DNA of 59,697 nucleotides, counting the filler, from Sphacelaria rigidula (lineage: Eukaryota): the NCBI GenBank assembly GCA_964200075.2. It is 4 parts of 4 records of this genome, joined end to end, with 100 filler letters (N's around TTAATTAATTAA, not from the genome) between each part and the next. Parts side by side here need not be neighbours in the genome. Positions count along the whole stretch, not along the records: positions 29,905 to 44,751 come from CAXNAA020002018.1; positions 44,852 to 59,697 come from CAXNAA020002019.1; 2 more parts are not named here. One strand, written 5' to 3'. Of the stretch, positions 39,755 to 50,172 are shown in pieces. Below the pieces are notes generated by a model, which saw only the letters and a list, made by a program, of their open reading frames with translations, did no database searches and had not been told where the DNA came from. A program made the position numbers and the translations under genes. Every line of letters begins with the position of its first letter. Position 1 is the stretch's first letter.

Positions 39755-41947
39755 TTGCCGACGAAACATTTACAGCTAGCGTCACTGCAGCTCTGCATCG
39801 CTTGCCGCCGCATTAGTACCCTGCGTGTGAGATTCGATAGATCTACACCGCGCAGGCTGTGGACAGATCCTGCGGGGCAATCTCCGACTCTGATAGGGGG
39901 AAGTATAACCCGCGTGCCTTTGTTACGAGCACACAGTGCCGTGTTGATGTCGAGTGCTTACGCGGCATTCATGTCTTGCGAGACTAACCTGTTGACCAAT
40001 GTACGAAACTTGTACTTTGGCAACATGTTTGACCGTAGTCTGCACAATGTTGTCTGGCCTCCGCGAATCAGGAAAATTGTGTTTGGAGGCCATGGTGGTA
40101 GTATGCCAGCAAGGTTCAATCAGCCCATTACAAACGTGGTTTGGCCTTCTTCGCTGGAGGAGCTGGCGTTAGGAGAACAGTTCAACCAGCCGATCGAGGG
40201 TGTCGCATGGCCTGCCTCGCTGCAACAGCTGGCTTTCGGACAAAGCTTCAACCAACTAATCGAGGATGTGTCGTGGCCTGGGTTGCTGCAGCAGCTGACG
40301 TTTGGGCATTGCTTCAACAAGCCAATCAAGAGTGTATCGTGGCCGCCATCGCTGCAGCAGCTAACGTTCGGAGAAGAATACAACCAGCCGATCGAGAGTG
40401 TGGCGTGGCCCGCGTCGCTGCAGCAGATGACGTTCGGAGGTAGCTTCGACCAGCCGATCGAGGGCATACCGTGGCCTTCTTCGCTGCAGCGGCTGACAGT
40501 CGGAGACAGCTTCAAGCAGCCGATCGAGGATGTGGAGTGGCCGGCGTCGCTGCAGCAGCTGTCTTTCGGAGACAGTTTCAACCAGCCAATCGAGGGTGTG
40601 GTGTGGCCAGCGTCGCTGCAGCAGCTGACGTTCGGACATAGCTTCGACCAGCCGATTGAGGGTGTGGTTTGGCCATCGTCGCTGCAGCAGCTGACGATCG
40701 GAGATTACTTCAACCAGCCGGTCGAGGGTGTGGCGTGGCCTCCATCGCTGCTGCAGCCGTCGTTGGGACATAGCTTTAACCAGCCGATCGAGGGTGTGGC
40801 GTGGCCAGCGTCGGTGCAGCAACTGGTGTTCGGAGATGACTTCAACCAGCCGATCAAGGGTGTGTGGTGGCCGGCGTCGCTTCGGCAGCTGACGTTCGGA
40901 CATAGGTTCAAACAGCCGATCGAGTGTGTGACGTGGCCGGCGTCGCTGCAGCAACTGACGTTGGGGGGTTACTTCAACCGGCGGGTCGAGCATGTGTCGT
41001 GGCCTTCGTCGTTACAGCAGCTGACGTTTGGGTATTGCTTTAACAAGTCAATCACGAACGTGTTATGGCCAGCATCGCTGCAGCGACTGACGTTTGGGCG
41101 TCGCTTCAACAAGCCGATCGAGGGTATGTCGTGGCCTGCGTCGCTGCAGCAGCTGACGTTCGGAGATTTCTTCGGACAGCCGATTGAGGGTGTGTCGTGG
41201 CCTTCGTCGCTGCAGCAGCTGTCGCTCGGACATAGCTTCGACTACCCGATTGAGGATGTGTCATGGCCTCCGTCGCTGCGACAGCTAGCCTTGGGACGTA
41301 GCTTCAACCAGCCGATGGAGGGTGTACCGTGGCCTGCGTCGTTGCAGCAATTGACGTTCGGGGAATTCTTCAACCAGCCGATCGAGGGTGTTTCGTGGCC
41401 TTCATCGCTACAGCACCTGTTTTTCGGAGAAGAATTCAACCAGCCCATCGAGGGTGTGACGTGGCCTTCGTCGCTGCAGCAGCTGGCGTTCGGAAAAGAC
41501 TTCAATCACCGGATCGAGATTGTGTCGTGGCCCGCGTCGCTGCAGCAGGTGACGTTCGGAGAAAGGTTTAACCAGTCGATGGAGGGTGTGGCGTGGCCAG
41601 CGTCGCTGCAACAGCTGACGTTCGGAGAAAGGTTTAACCAGTCGATGGGGGGTGTGGCGTGGCCAGCGTCGCTGCAACAACTGACCTTCGGACATGACTT
41701 CAACCAGCAGATCGAGGGTGTGGTGTGGCCGGCGTCGCTGGAACAGCTGACGTTTGGACATGACTTCAACCAGCCAATCGAACGTGTGGCGTGGCCAGCG
41801 TCACTGCAGCAGCTGACGTTCGGGTATCGCTTCAACCAGCCGACCAAGGGCGTGTCGTGGCCGACGTCGCTGGAGCAGCTGACCTTCGGGGATTTCTTCG
41901 GCAAGCCGATCCGGAGTGTGTCGTGGCCGGCGTCGCTGAGCAACTGA
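39755..41947 (+). CDS. FNIP-repeat (LRR-like) protein with 29 tandem 22-aa repeats; 5' end or upstream exons unresolved
   Basis: 730-aa ORF with consensus xxFNQPIEGVxWPASLQQLTFG (66-bp period), matching the FNIP repeat (PF05725) known from Dictyostelium, giant viruses and brown algae. The ORF begins at TTG; the first ATG is at 39947. Confidence 0.9.
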   Translation: MPTKHLQLASLQLCIACRRISTLRVRFDRSTPRRLWTDPAGQSPTLIGGSITRVPLLRAHSAVLMSSAYAAFMSCETNLLTNVRNLYFGNMFDRSLHNVVWPPRIRKIVFGGHGGSMPARFNQPITNVVWPSSLEELALGEQFNQPIEGVAWPASLQQLAFGQSFNQLIEDVSWPGLLQQLTFGHCFNKPIKSVSWPPSLQQLTFGEEYNQPIESVAWPASLQQMTFGGSFDQPIEGIPWPSSLQRLTVGDSFKQPIEDVEWPASLQQLSFGDSFNQPIEGVVWPASLQQLTFGHSFDQPIEGVVWPSSLQQLTIGDYFNQPVEGVAWPPSLLQPSLGHSFNQPIEGVAWPASVQQLVFGDDFNQPIKGVWWPASLRQLTFGHRFKQPIECVTWPASLQQLTLGGYFNRRVEHVSWPSSLQQLTFGYCFNKSITNVLWPASLQRLTFGRRFNKPIEGMSWPASLQQLTFGDFFGQPIEGVSWPSSLQQLSLGHSFDYPIEDVSWPPSLRQLALGRSFNQPMEGVPWPASLQQLTFGEFFNQPIEGVSWPSSLQHLFFGEEFNQPIEGVTWPSSLQQLAFGKDFNHRIEIVSWPASLQQVTFGERFNQSMEGVAWPASLQQLTFGERFNQSMGGVAWPASLQQLTFGHDFNQQIEGVVWPASLEQLTFGHDFNQPIERVAWPASLQQLTFGYRFNQPTKGVSWPTSLEQLTFGDFFGKPIRSVSWPASLSN

Positions 41948-42150
41948 TGTTCGAAAATCCCTCCAGCCACTGGTTTGGCGGTGTATCGTAGCCCGCATCG
42001 CTGTAGCATCTGTCGTTGGGATATGGGTTAAACCGGATGATCGAAAGTGTGTCGTGGCCCCCTTTGCTGCAGCAGCTGACGTTCGGAAATCGCTGGTACT
42101 GGCCAATCCAGGATTTGTTGTGACCTACCTCGCTGTGACTCTTGAGATAT
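41938..42150 (+). pseudogene. About 3 decayed FNIP repeats downstream of a 1-nt deletion
   Basis: CTG-AG-CAA replaces CTG-CAG-CAA at about 41938. The restored frame reads QQLMFE..GVS*PASL*HLSLG..IESVSWPPLLQQLTFG..LL*PTSL*. Confidence 0.85.
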
Positions 42151-42889
42151 TGATTCAGACTCATGTCAGGAAGTTAAGGATGCGGCATCACCTACATTGA
42201 ACACGATCACAACGTCAAACACCTCGCAGGGATCTCGTTTTTTCTGGATGAAAATCCCGATTGCGTCGGTGACAATCTGCGGTCATTTGATTTTGCGTCG
42301 CGCGAGAGGTGAAATGGTGGCTGTAGAATGCCGATGATTGCAAAACGTGGGTATACTTTTTGATCGAACGTGGGTCCGCGAACGGACATGAGGGGTGCGA
42401 GATAAACATGGGAGCTGGTGTTGAGTGCACCGACCTGGTTGTCGGCCACAAGAGAATATTCTGTCGGGTCCTTGTGCCCCGCGGTTCTCATTCGCACATA
42501 CTGCGCTTTTTTTCGCTCAAGGTGGTGTAAATGCTCTGCATGGGCTGTGGGCATATCGCCTTCACGTCGGGATTGACGTTCGAGTGGTTTGGGCCCTGCA
42601 TGGGCAGCTACAACTTTCGCGTCCGCCATCGCCCACTATGCATTTCCTTGAGAGGGGATGATATTACACAGTGTCGTCTATTTCTCTCTGAAACGATGGG
42701 AGAAGAGAGACGATACAGAATATTTCTGTCAATATTCCACAAGAAGGACGATGCGTGCGGTACTCGATCTCGGTTCGATATTCCGCTCCTGTTGTATCGA
42801 CCAGAGTACTTGATTAAGCGGTAAACACAGGGGACAGTAGTAGTATACTATTTAGATGATATATCAGACGAGTGCAGGTTCCAGTATAC

Positions 42890-43150
42890 AAGGAACATAC
42901 TGGCAAAGCAACGAGTTCGAATGGTCTACTTGCTGAAATCCTGAAGCTCTGCCTCAACGGGGAGAGATCGGAGATCCTGTACCACTTCCACAGCATCGTC
43001 TGCGGTTGGGACACGTGTCGAGGTGCCGCAGGAATGAAAGATGCCACTATCAAAGCGCTGCGCAAAGATAAAGATGGGATCGAGTGTGGTAACTAAAAAG
43101 ACATTTTATTTGTGGCACTTGCCGCTAAAGTCCTCGATATCATGGCTAAC
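42890..43150 (+). mobile_element. LINE (RTE-like) reverse transcriptase fragment
   Basis: NGLLAEILKL..FHSIV..KDATIKALRKDKDGIECGN*KDILFVALAAKVL matches the non-LTR RT N-terminal pattern GPDG..AELLK..W..VP.EWKDA.I..LHKK.D..C.NYRGISL...KVL. Confidence 0.85.
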
Positions 43151-44751
43151 ACGCACGGTAATTTCTGTGAGTAAACATACCTTTTTCCGGAAAAGCCGTG
43201 AGGATTGAGGCGCCGAAGACCGACCACAATCATGATGTTTGTAGTACGTGGATCTCAGGAGTTGGGACGGGCGAGCAACGTCCCACCATCACACGTTGAC
43301 AAATAGGACCCTTTTGGACCCTTCTACAGGGCTCAGCAACCCTGCATAGGCACCATAGGTGTGCTGGGTACCCGGTACCGGTATTTTGGGACATCTCACA
43401 CCCTGCCGATACCGGTCCAATCGGGTATTTTTAAAGTCATACTTACGATACTCACGACTCCACGGATTTTCGAGACGTCAAAACCTACACACGTGGACAG
43501 ATAGCACACTGTAGGACGTGCTCCACAGGGTTCTTCACAGTCTTTGTGATAACTCCCGTACAGCATTTGCAGACCCTCGTACGTCTACCAGCATTTTGTA
43601 TAAAGCATTTTTCCCGACACACTGTAAGCAACCCTGTATTGTACGCTGCGGAAGCATTCCCAATTTGGAATTCCAACATGTTTTGTACAAGATCTGTAAA
43701 AATATTTAGAGAAGCTGTTGGAAAAAAATCATCTTGCCCAATTTCGGAAATTGGGCAGAAAGAGGACTTATTTTGTACAGCAGAAGAAGCTGTTCGGAAC
43801 GAATCCTCTTTCTGCCTCATATTTGGACTGGGCTAAAAGAGAATTTGTTTCGAACAGCTCCTTGTGCTGTACGAATCCCGTTTACTGGCAGATTTGGAAT
43901 TTGTACAGCAGAAGCTGCTCGAAATTAATCCTCCCTTTGCCCGCCCATTCATCCAGAAATTGGGCAAAATAATAACTTATTGCGAACAGCCTCACCTGCG
44001 TGAGTCCGACATGATGTACCGCGATCGGGGTATGAGATTCGAGAGACGCAAGAAATTGTTCAAATTTCATCCTCTTGCCTTTCAATTCATATATCTATTG
44101 GGCAAAGGAATAGAATACTCGAACAGCCTCCGCTGTATACGAACCCCATACACCGATTACGAGTGTATGTCCACGGGCTGTGCGCCGAAGCATCAAGCTT
44201 TAGCTGCGGCTGTGGTCATGGTGACCTGTTGGTACATTCCTCGGAATGGTATACGCAAGTGAAAAAAACCCGTCGTCCAATGTCTACCGACACACCATGT
44301 ATAAAGATTTATATTGGAAACGCGAAAAAATCCCTTCGCGGTTTATACTAGAGCTATACTTTGATGGGAATATATAATCACAACAATAAACTGTATACTG
44401 GACTGCACAATACCATGCAGGACAGTGCCATACTGTGCTTATACGCCGGGTGCTATATAGTGCAGGGTTAGCGCGGCATATGCGCTACGTATGGCTATGC
44501 AATGCAGGACAGTGCCATACTGTGCCTATACGTCAGGGAAAGTGATCGCTTCGTGTCCGTCCACACGTGCGAAGATACTGTAAAACAGCATTACCAAACT
44601 TTCGTGGCATGGCGATACCGCACTCAGTACAAAACGGAACAGAAATTGACGGTTTGACGTTCTAATTAGAAAGCAACAGACATTAAACAGCGAATCATCT
44701 ATGTTGAGGATGGTACTTTTTGTTGAGGATGAAACACAGTCGGAAAAACTT

Positions 44752-44851
44752 NNNNNNNNNNNNNNNNNNNNNNNNNNNNNNNNNNNNNNNNNNNNTTAAT
44801 TAATTAANNNNNNNNNNNNNNNNNNNNNNNNNNNNNNNNNNNNNNNNNNNN
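44752..44851. other. Artificial contig spacer
   Basis: 44 N + TTAATTAATTAA + 44 N. Confidence 0.99.
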
Positions 44852-45610
44852 CGTGCATGTTTCGTTGTGCGTAGCAGTCAGAGTCATCGTGATGGGTCGT
44901 ATTGTGGAAATGACAAAAAACATCACCCTGTTGTCGACGTCTCTCACCGCCCTGTTGTCGTCCATTTTGCAGCACGCCACCACCTCTGCCACCCCCAGTG
45001 GCAGCGACGAGCGCGTGGCATTGTACCCCATCCCGATTCCTTCCTGCCCTACTCCTGGCCAGTTCCATCTCACAATGCGCCGTCATCACCTTGCGCTCCA
45101 GGGTATCTGTAGTTACTTCATCAAAAGCAAGCAATACACCACGGACGATGTCGAAGTCACTTGAAGGGCGGCGTATGTAATGCCGATTCGCATCTGCATC
45201 TGACATCACGACTCTAAGCTTAGTACGTTTGTACCGTATAAATTTTGCTTTATCTAGAAACATACGAGGGTCCTCTCCCAAGTTCATGTCAAGGGTCTGC
45301 CATGCATGGTCCAATTGTGCCCTTTCGGTGGTTGGAGATACGGTGTAGTAGTCCACAACGTAATTCCATCCCTCGCTGGGGTTTCCCAGTCCCACTAACT
45401 GTTGCACAAGCGGATTGAAAGTAAATGTTTCGACAATGATACTCCACGCTCTGGTGGCTTTTCCTACCAACTCGGTCCCGTACCTCTCGATCAAATCCCG
45501 CTCAAATTCAAAATGTACCCTGATTGGAAAAGATATGTAAAGAGCCTCTTCGCAGAACTCTTGCTTAAAGTACGCTGTCATCTGTAGCTTAAAAATCATG
45601 AACGTTTCTC
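44852..45610 (-). mobile_element. Copia-type gag fragment, truncated at the contig start
   Basis: The ORF carries a UBN2/gag-like segment (ERAQLDHAWQTLDMNLGEDPRMFLDKAKFIR), then HALVA, a Gly-rich linker, and a Cys/His motif (CHFHNTTHHDDSDC). Confidence 0.7.
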
Positions 45611-46440
45611 TTACATCCTTACCACTCTTTGCCGTACCATCTCACGCTGCAAAACTGTTATGCGAACGTACCCTCAAAATGCCAGACTGTACCATCTGGG
45701 CTTGACCCTGTGTATGCAGGGGTGCGTCTCGAACGTCTTGAAATACTGCTGTAGTAGTCGTAGTTTGGAATAGTTGATGGGGGGGCGTAGCTCTTGTTGC
45801 TGGCGCGCGCGTTGCCAGTCTTGGACCCTCTTCTTGTTCTTGACTTTGTTATCGCAGTTCTTGTTTCTATTTCTCTTGCTCCTGGATGTATCCTGATAGT
45901 ATCTCCCTCATCGCGTCTGGGTCGGCATCTGTTATCTTGGTCATAATGCTGTCTACTTCATTTCCGGAGTCCATCTTTTTTCATGTCTGAATAAACCCTG
46001 AAGTTGCCTGTGCGGAGCGTAGCGTAATCGCTAGCGTAAAGGCTGAATCTCCTACTCAGCGCTGGGGTTTATGTGTAAGAAAAAGTCGTGGGATCTCTGT
46101 TGTTGAATTGATTCCCTTGTTAATTGATGTATGTCATACTCTCCACCAAAACGTAAAAACCCAGAAACGTGCACTGCCAAAAAGGGGCGTGGTCACTCAT
46201 GAAGATTTATGCATGTAAGAAAACAACACGTCAGAGCCTCATTCCTTGGCCACGCGATTTGGCGTGTGCCCCTCAACGGATCCTTGCTGCAACCAACAAA
46301 TCGGGTATACCTTCCATGATAGAACTTCATCTCATTACTTATCATTCACCCATATGTCATGGTCCAATGACGAAATCCATTTCCCTCGCATCCAGGCCTG
46401 CTTACATGTATCAATCATTGAGTGTGAGTATATTCGATTA

Positions 46441-47641
46441 CCGTAAAGTTGCTCCTCGAACAATGAGGAACGGGCGCTCGTGAGGTGTTCTCATACCCTC
46501 CCAGCAATCCGCAGACTCACTCCTCCGACGAATAGCTGGTAGGAGAGAGGGTAATTTTTGCGTGTTTACTGTGGGACCCCATTCTTTGCCGTTGCCGCCA
46601 TATAAGCATGACTCGCGACCCTTCACCCCGATACTGGAACCCTGGCTCCTGAACTTATTACTATACTGACCGTAAACTATGTTGTTCACAAGTTGCTATC
46701 CACCGAGACCGGAGCTAAGTCCCATGTCACACGTGCATCGCGCCAGATCCCACTAGCAGTGGGGCAGTGAAAAACAGTGCGGCGTTGTACGCAGCCGTAT
46801 AGTACGCACTCTTACGTGTTGTGGTCCTGCACTGCACTACTCTGTACAGTGTAGGGCACTCCGGATACCAGCCGCTGCCGTTATGTGCAAGCGTCAGTTC
46901 GATGTTTTGAACAACGCCGTAAAGTTGCTCCTCAAACAATCAGGAACGGGCGCTCGTGAGGTGTTCTCATTCCATCCCAGCCATCCGCACGCTCACTCTT
47001 CAGAAGGGTTGCTGGCAAGAGAGAGAGTAATCTTCGCCTGTTCACTGCAGTACGTCATTCTTTGCCGTTGCCGCCATATAAGCACGACTCGCAACCCTTC
47101 ACCTCGATACTGGAACCCTGCCTCCTGAACTCTTCACTTTACTGACCGCAATCTATGTTGTTCACAAGTCGCTATCCACCGAGACCGGAGCTAAGTCCCA
47201 TGTCACACGTGCATCGCGCCAGATCCCACTAGCAGTGGGGCAGTGAAAAACAGTGCGGCGTCGTACGCAGCCGTATAGTACGCACTCTTACGTGTTGTGG
47301 TCCTGCACTGCACTACTCTGTACAGCGTAGGGCACCTCGGATTGCAGCTGCCGCCGTTATGTACATGTGTAGGTTTAATGTTTTGAACAACGCCGTGAAG
47401 TTGCACCTTGAACAATGAGGAATGGGTGCTCGTGAGGTGTTCTCATACTCTCCAAGCAATCCACAGGCTCACTCTTCAGAAGAATTGCTGGAAAGAGAGA
47501 AAGTAATCTTCGCGTGTTTACTGCAGTACGTCATCATTTGCCGTTGCCGCCATAAAAGTACGACTTGCAACCCTTCACCTCGATACTGGAACCCTGGCCC
47601 CTGAACTCTTCACTTTACTGACTGTTATCTATGTTGTTCAA
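46441..47641 (+). repeat. 476-bp tandem repeat, about 2.5 copies
   Basis: The unit start CCGT(A/G)AAGTTGC occurs at 46441, 46917 and 47393. ORFs 46727..46939 and 47203..47415 are near duplicates. Confidence 0.95.
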
Positions 47642-50172
47642 AAGTAGACTGTGTATATTCTCACCCCCTTGGTATGGAAGTGAGCAGATGGCAGCGGCAA
47701 CCGCTGTGTGTCCAGGTGCCCCCTGGAGCAGGAAATCGCCGAAATATTTCCCTGCAAATTCTGCTCCAGTGTACTGTAAGTTGACATCGCTCGAAGGACA
47801 CCACCGTAACCACCTTGCCGGCTGCCACACTTTCATAGACTCTCAGGAGGTGGGATCCGCTAGCATGGCTAATGTCTGTACGGGGGTGTTGCCGCGTCGT
47901 CGGTACGTTTTGGAGCATGTTACTAGATGAAGATCACCCTTCCTTGTAGATAGGCACCAAACGCTGGGCTTATCAGTCAAGAGTTTGCTTTGGAGGATGA
48001 TTCTAGGTAGGCAGCGGCAACTGCTTTGTGTCCAGGTACCCCTTGAAGCAGGATGTGTTCGATGTCCGTTTGATGAAATTATTCCCAAAAAAACGAAATT
48101 GACAAGGGTTTTAGACTACAAAAAACTAGCAAAGAAACTATCGCAAGGATTCGGTCGCAAGAATCACGACGCCGAAATCATATCGCAAGGATCCGATCGC
48201 AAGACTCACGACGCATAAACGGAGTCGCAAAAAACCTCTGGGTCGAATTTTCACCCACAGCAGAACCCAACGTCACTGTGTGAAATTGGAATGAAATTGG
48301 GAACGACAACCCAAAGCCATGACGCAAACGCTCCGCCTCCGCCAAACCCTACCTTTAGGGTGGAGTGACGGACGAAACGGCCTGCACTCCAACCAAACAT
48401 GTATAATGGAACATTACACGCTCCATGCGTGCGTATGCCCGTAGGTTGGATGCATCCTTAAATCCGTCTTCTTTGGTTGATTCATGTTCCACCAGTGCGG
48501 CGCCAAATGTTTCGAATTCCCATGAAGGATACAACGCTTTCAGTAATACATACTCTCCTCCGATGCCAAGCTGTGGGGTTTCATAGGAGTTGCGTTGTTC
48601 TGTCCCGTGCATCACGTCGTACACTTTGTGTTACTGCACTTGCACTACTAAACACAAATCGCACACTATTCACTGTTCTCGCAAGATCGACTGTGCTATG
48701 GTGTATTACCACACGCCATCGTGTACTGTAGTGATGGAGTATCGTGCACTGTACTACCCTAGGGTACCATGGTGCGACACTGTTCTGTACTCCAAGGATT
48801 ATTCAACGCCTGCCTGCTTTCCAGCTTCACTAGTACGCGATACCACACTCATGCAGAAAATGACTACACGTGTGCGCAACTATTCCACAAAGCATTTAGG
48901 CAATAAAACGGTCCTCATGATTCTGACTTTCGCACATGAGCCCCCCCGATTTTCACAGGTTAGGATCTCTACAGAATCGAAATTGAACCCCATGAAAATG
49001 AGTCCAACACAGCAGATTTGCTCGAATCTGTGCATCTGTCACCAGATTTCGCGCCTGCGAACGCCGTAGACACGCTCAATCATGGCAACATAAAACCAAC
49101 GCACCAGAGAACAGCACGTCAGTGACGTTTATCGGCACCGCAATACAGTGGATTCAATCGATGTCTTCACGATCACACTGAAAAGCGCGCACGATTTCCT
49201 TCCTGCGACTCGAGGGTGTTGCAGTTACTCATCCAGTTCTAAGATCTACAGCATGAAGCTGCAACTTTGCTTCTCGATTCAGGGGTTCGCAGGTCTAACT
49301 CGATTTTTCTCCGCATCGGTGCAGGCTTTGACAGGCTGGTCCCACTAGAGGCGAACAAAGTGGGACTCTGTCCAGGTCCTACTCACGAGCTGTAGCACCG
49401 ATACAGAAATAGCCCAAACGTTGAAATAACTGAAGATCGATCAACTACTGTTGTTGCCCCAACAAGGACCATAGATGGCTAGAGGAGAACAGATGACATA
49501 CCCCGTTCCCATCACGGAAGTACTGTCCAAGCTGCTATCGACCTGGTGACGAATCATTTCAAGTTTTTCCTGTATTCACTTGCCACTCACGCCGAAAGTC
49601 TGCTAAAAATACCTGTCCCTCTGACCCACGATACCACGACTACACTCTCCACTGAGCCGTCTGACACCTTCGACTCACATGTCTACTCTGCCAAGTTGGG
49701 AGCTGGAAACTGCACAAGTCATACGTACGAACATGTGACATCCTCGACAAGCCGCTTGTTCCATGGCAATACAGGATTTGTTCCCAGCTAACATGGACGC
49801 CAGGGTGCTGGTACGGTACTCACAGTGAAGCAGCACCTGATGCATGAATGTTTTGCAGTACATTGTACGCGTGCCAATCAACACAAAAGGTATTACAGTG
49901 TTCATACCCGCTACAACAACTACGACACACACTTTCGCGGACTGCTTTTGTCACAAAGAACTCAACTGATACAACAGAACTCTGGCGCAGGCATCACCAT
50001 GGTCACACAAGAACAGCTCCACCCTGCCGCAAAGACACGCACGAAAACGGGGGCTGCGGCGGCGAATGAAAATATACCACCTAGCTCTTGTGGCAAAACT
50101 GGCGCTGAGCTACAGGTTGGCGTGCAGCAAGCATGTGAGAATAACGCCAAGTCTCGTTCGTGACGAAAACAC

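Noticed and set aside
40120-42164. Antisense and alternative ORFs over the FNIP array
   Set aside because: They are repeat shadow ORFs.
39755-43150. Diversity-generating retroelement (variable repeats plus a nearby RT)
   Set aside because: The RT is a short, dead LINE fragment, and I saw no template/variable repeat pair with adenine-specific mismatches.
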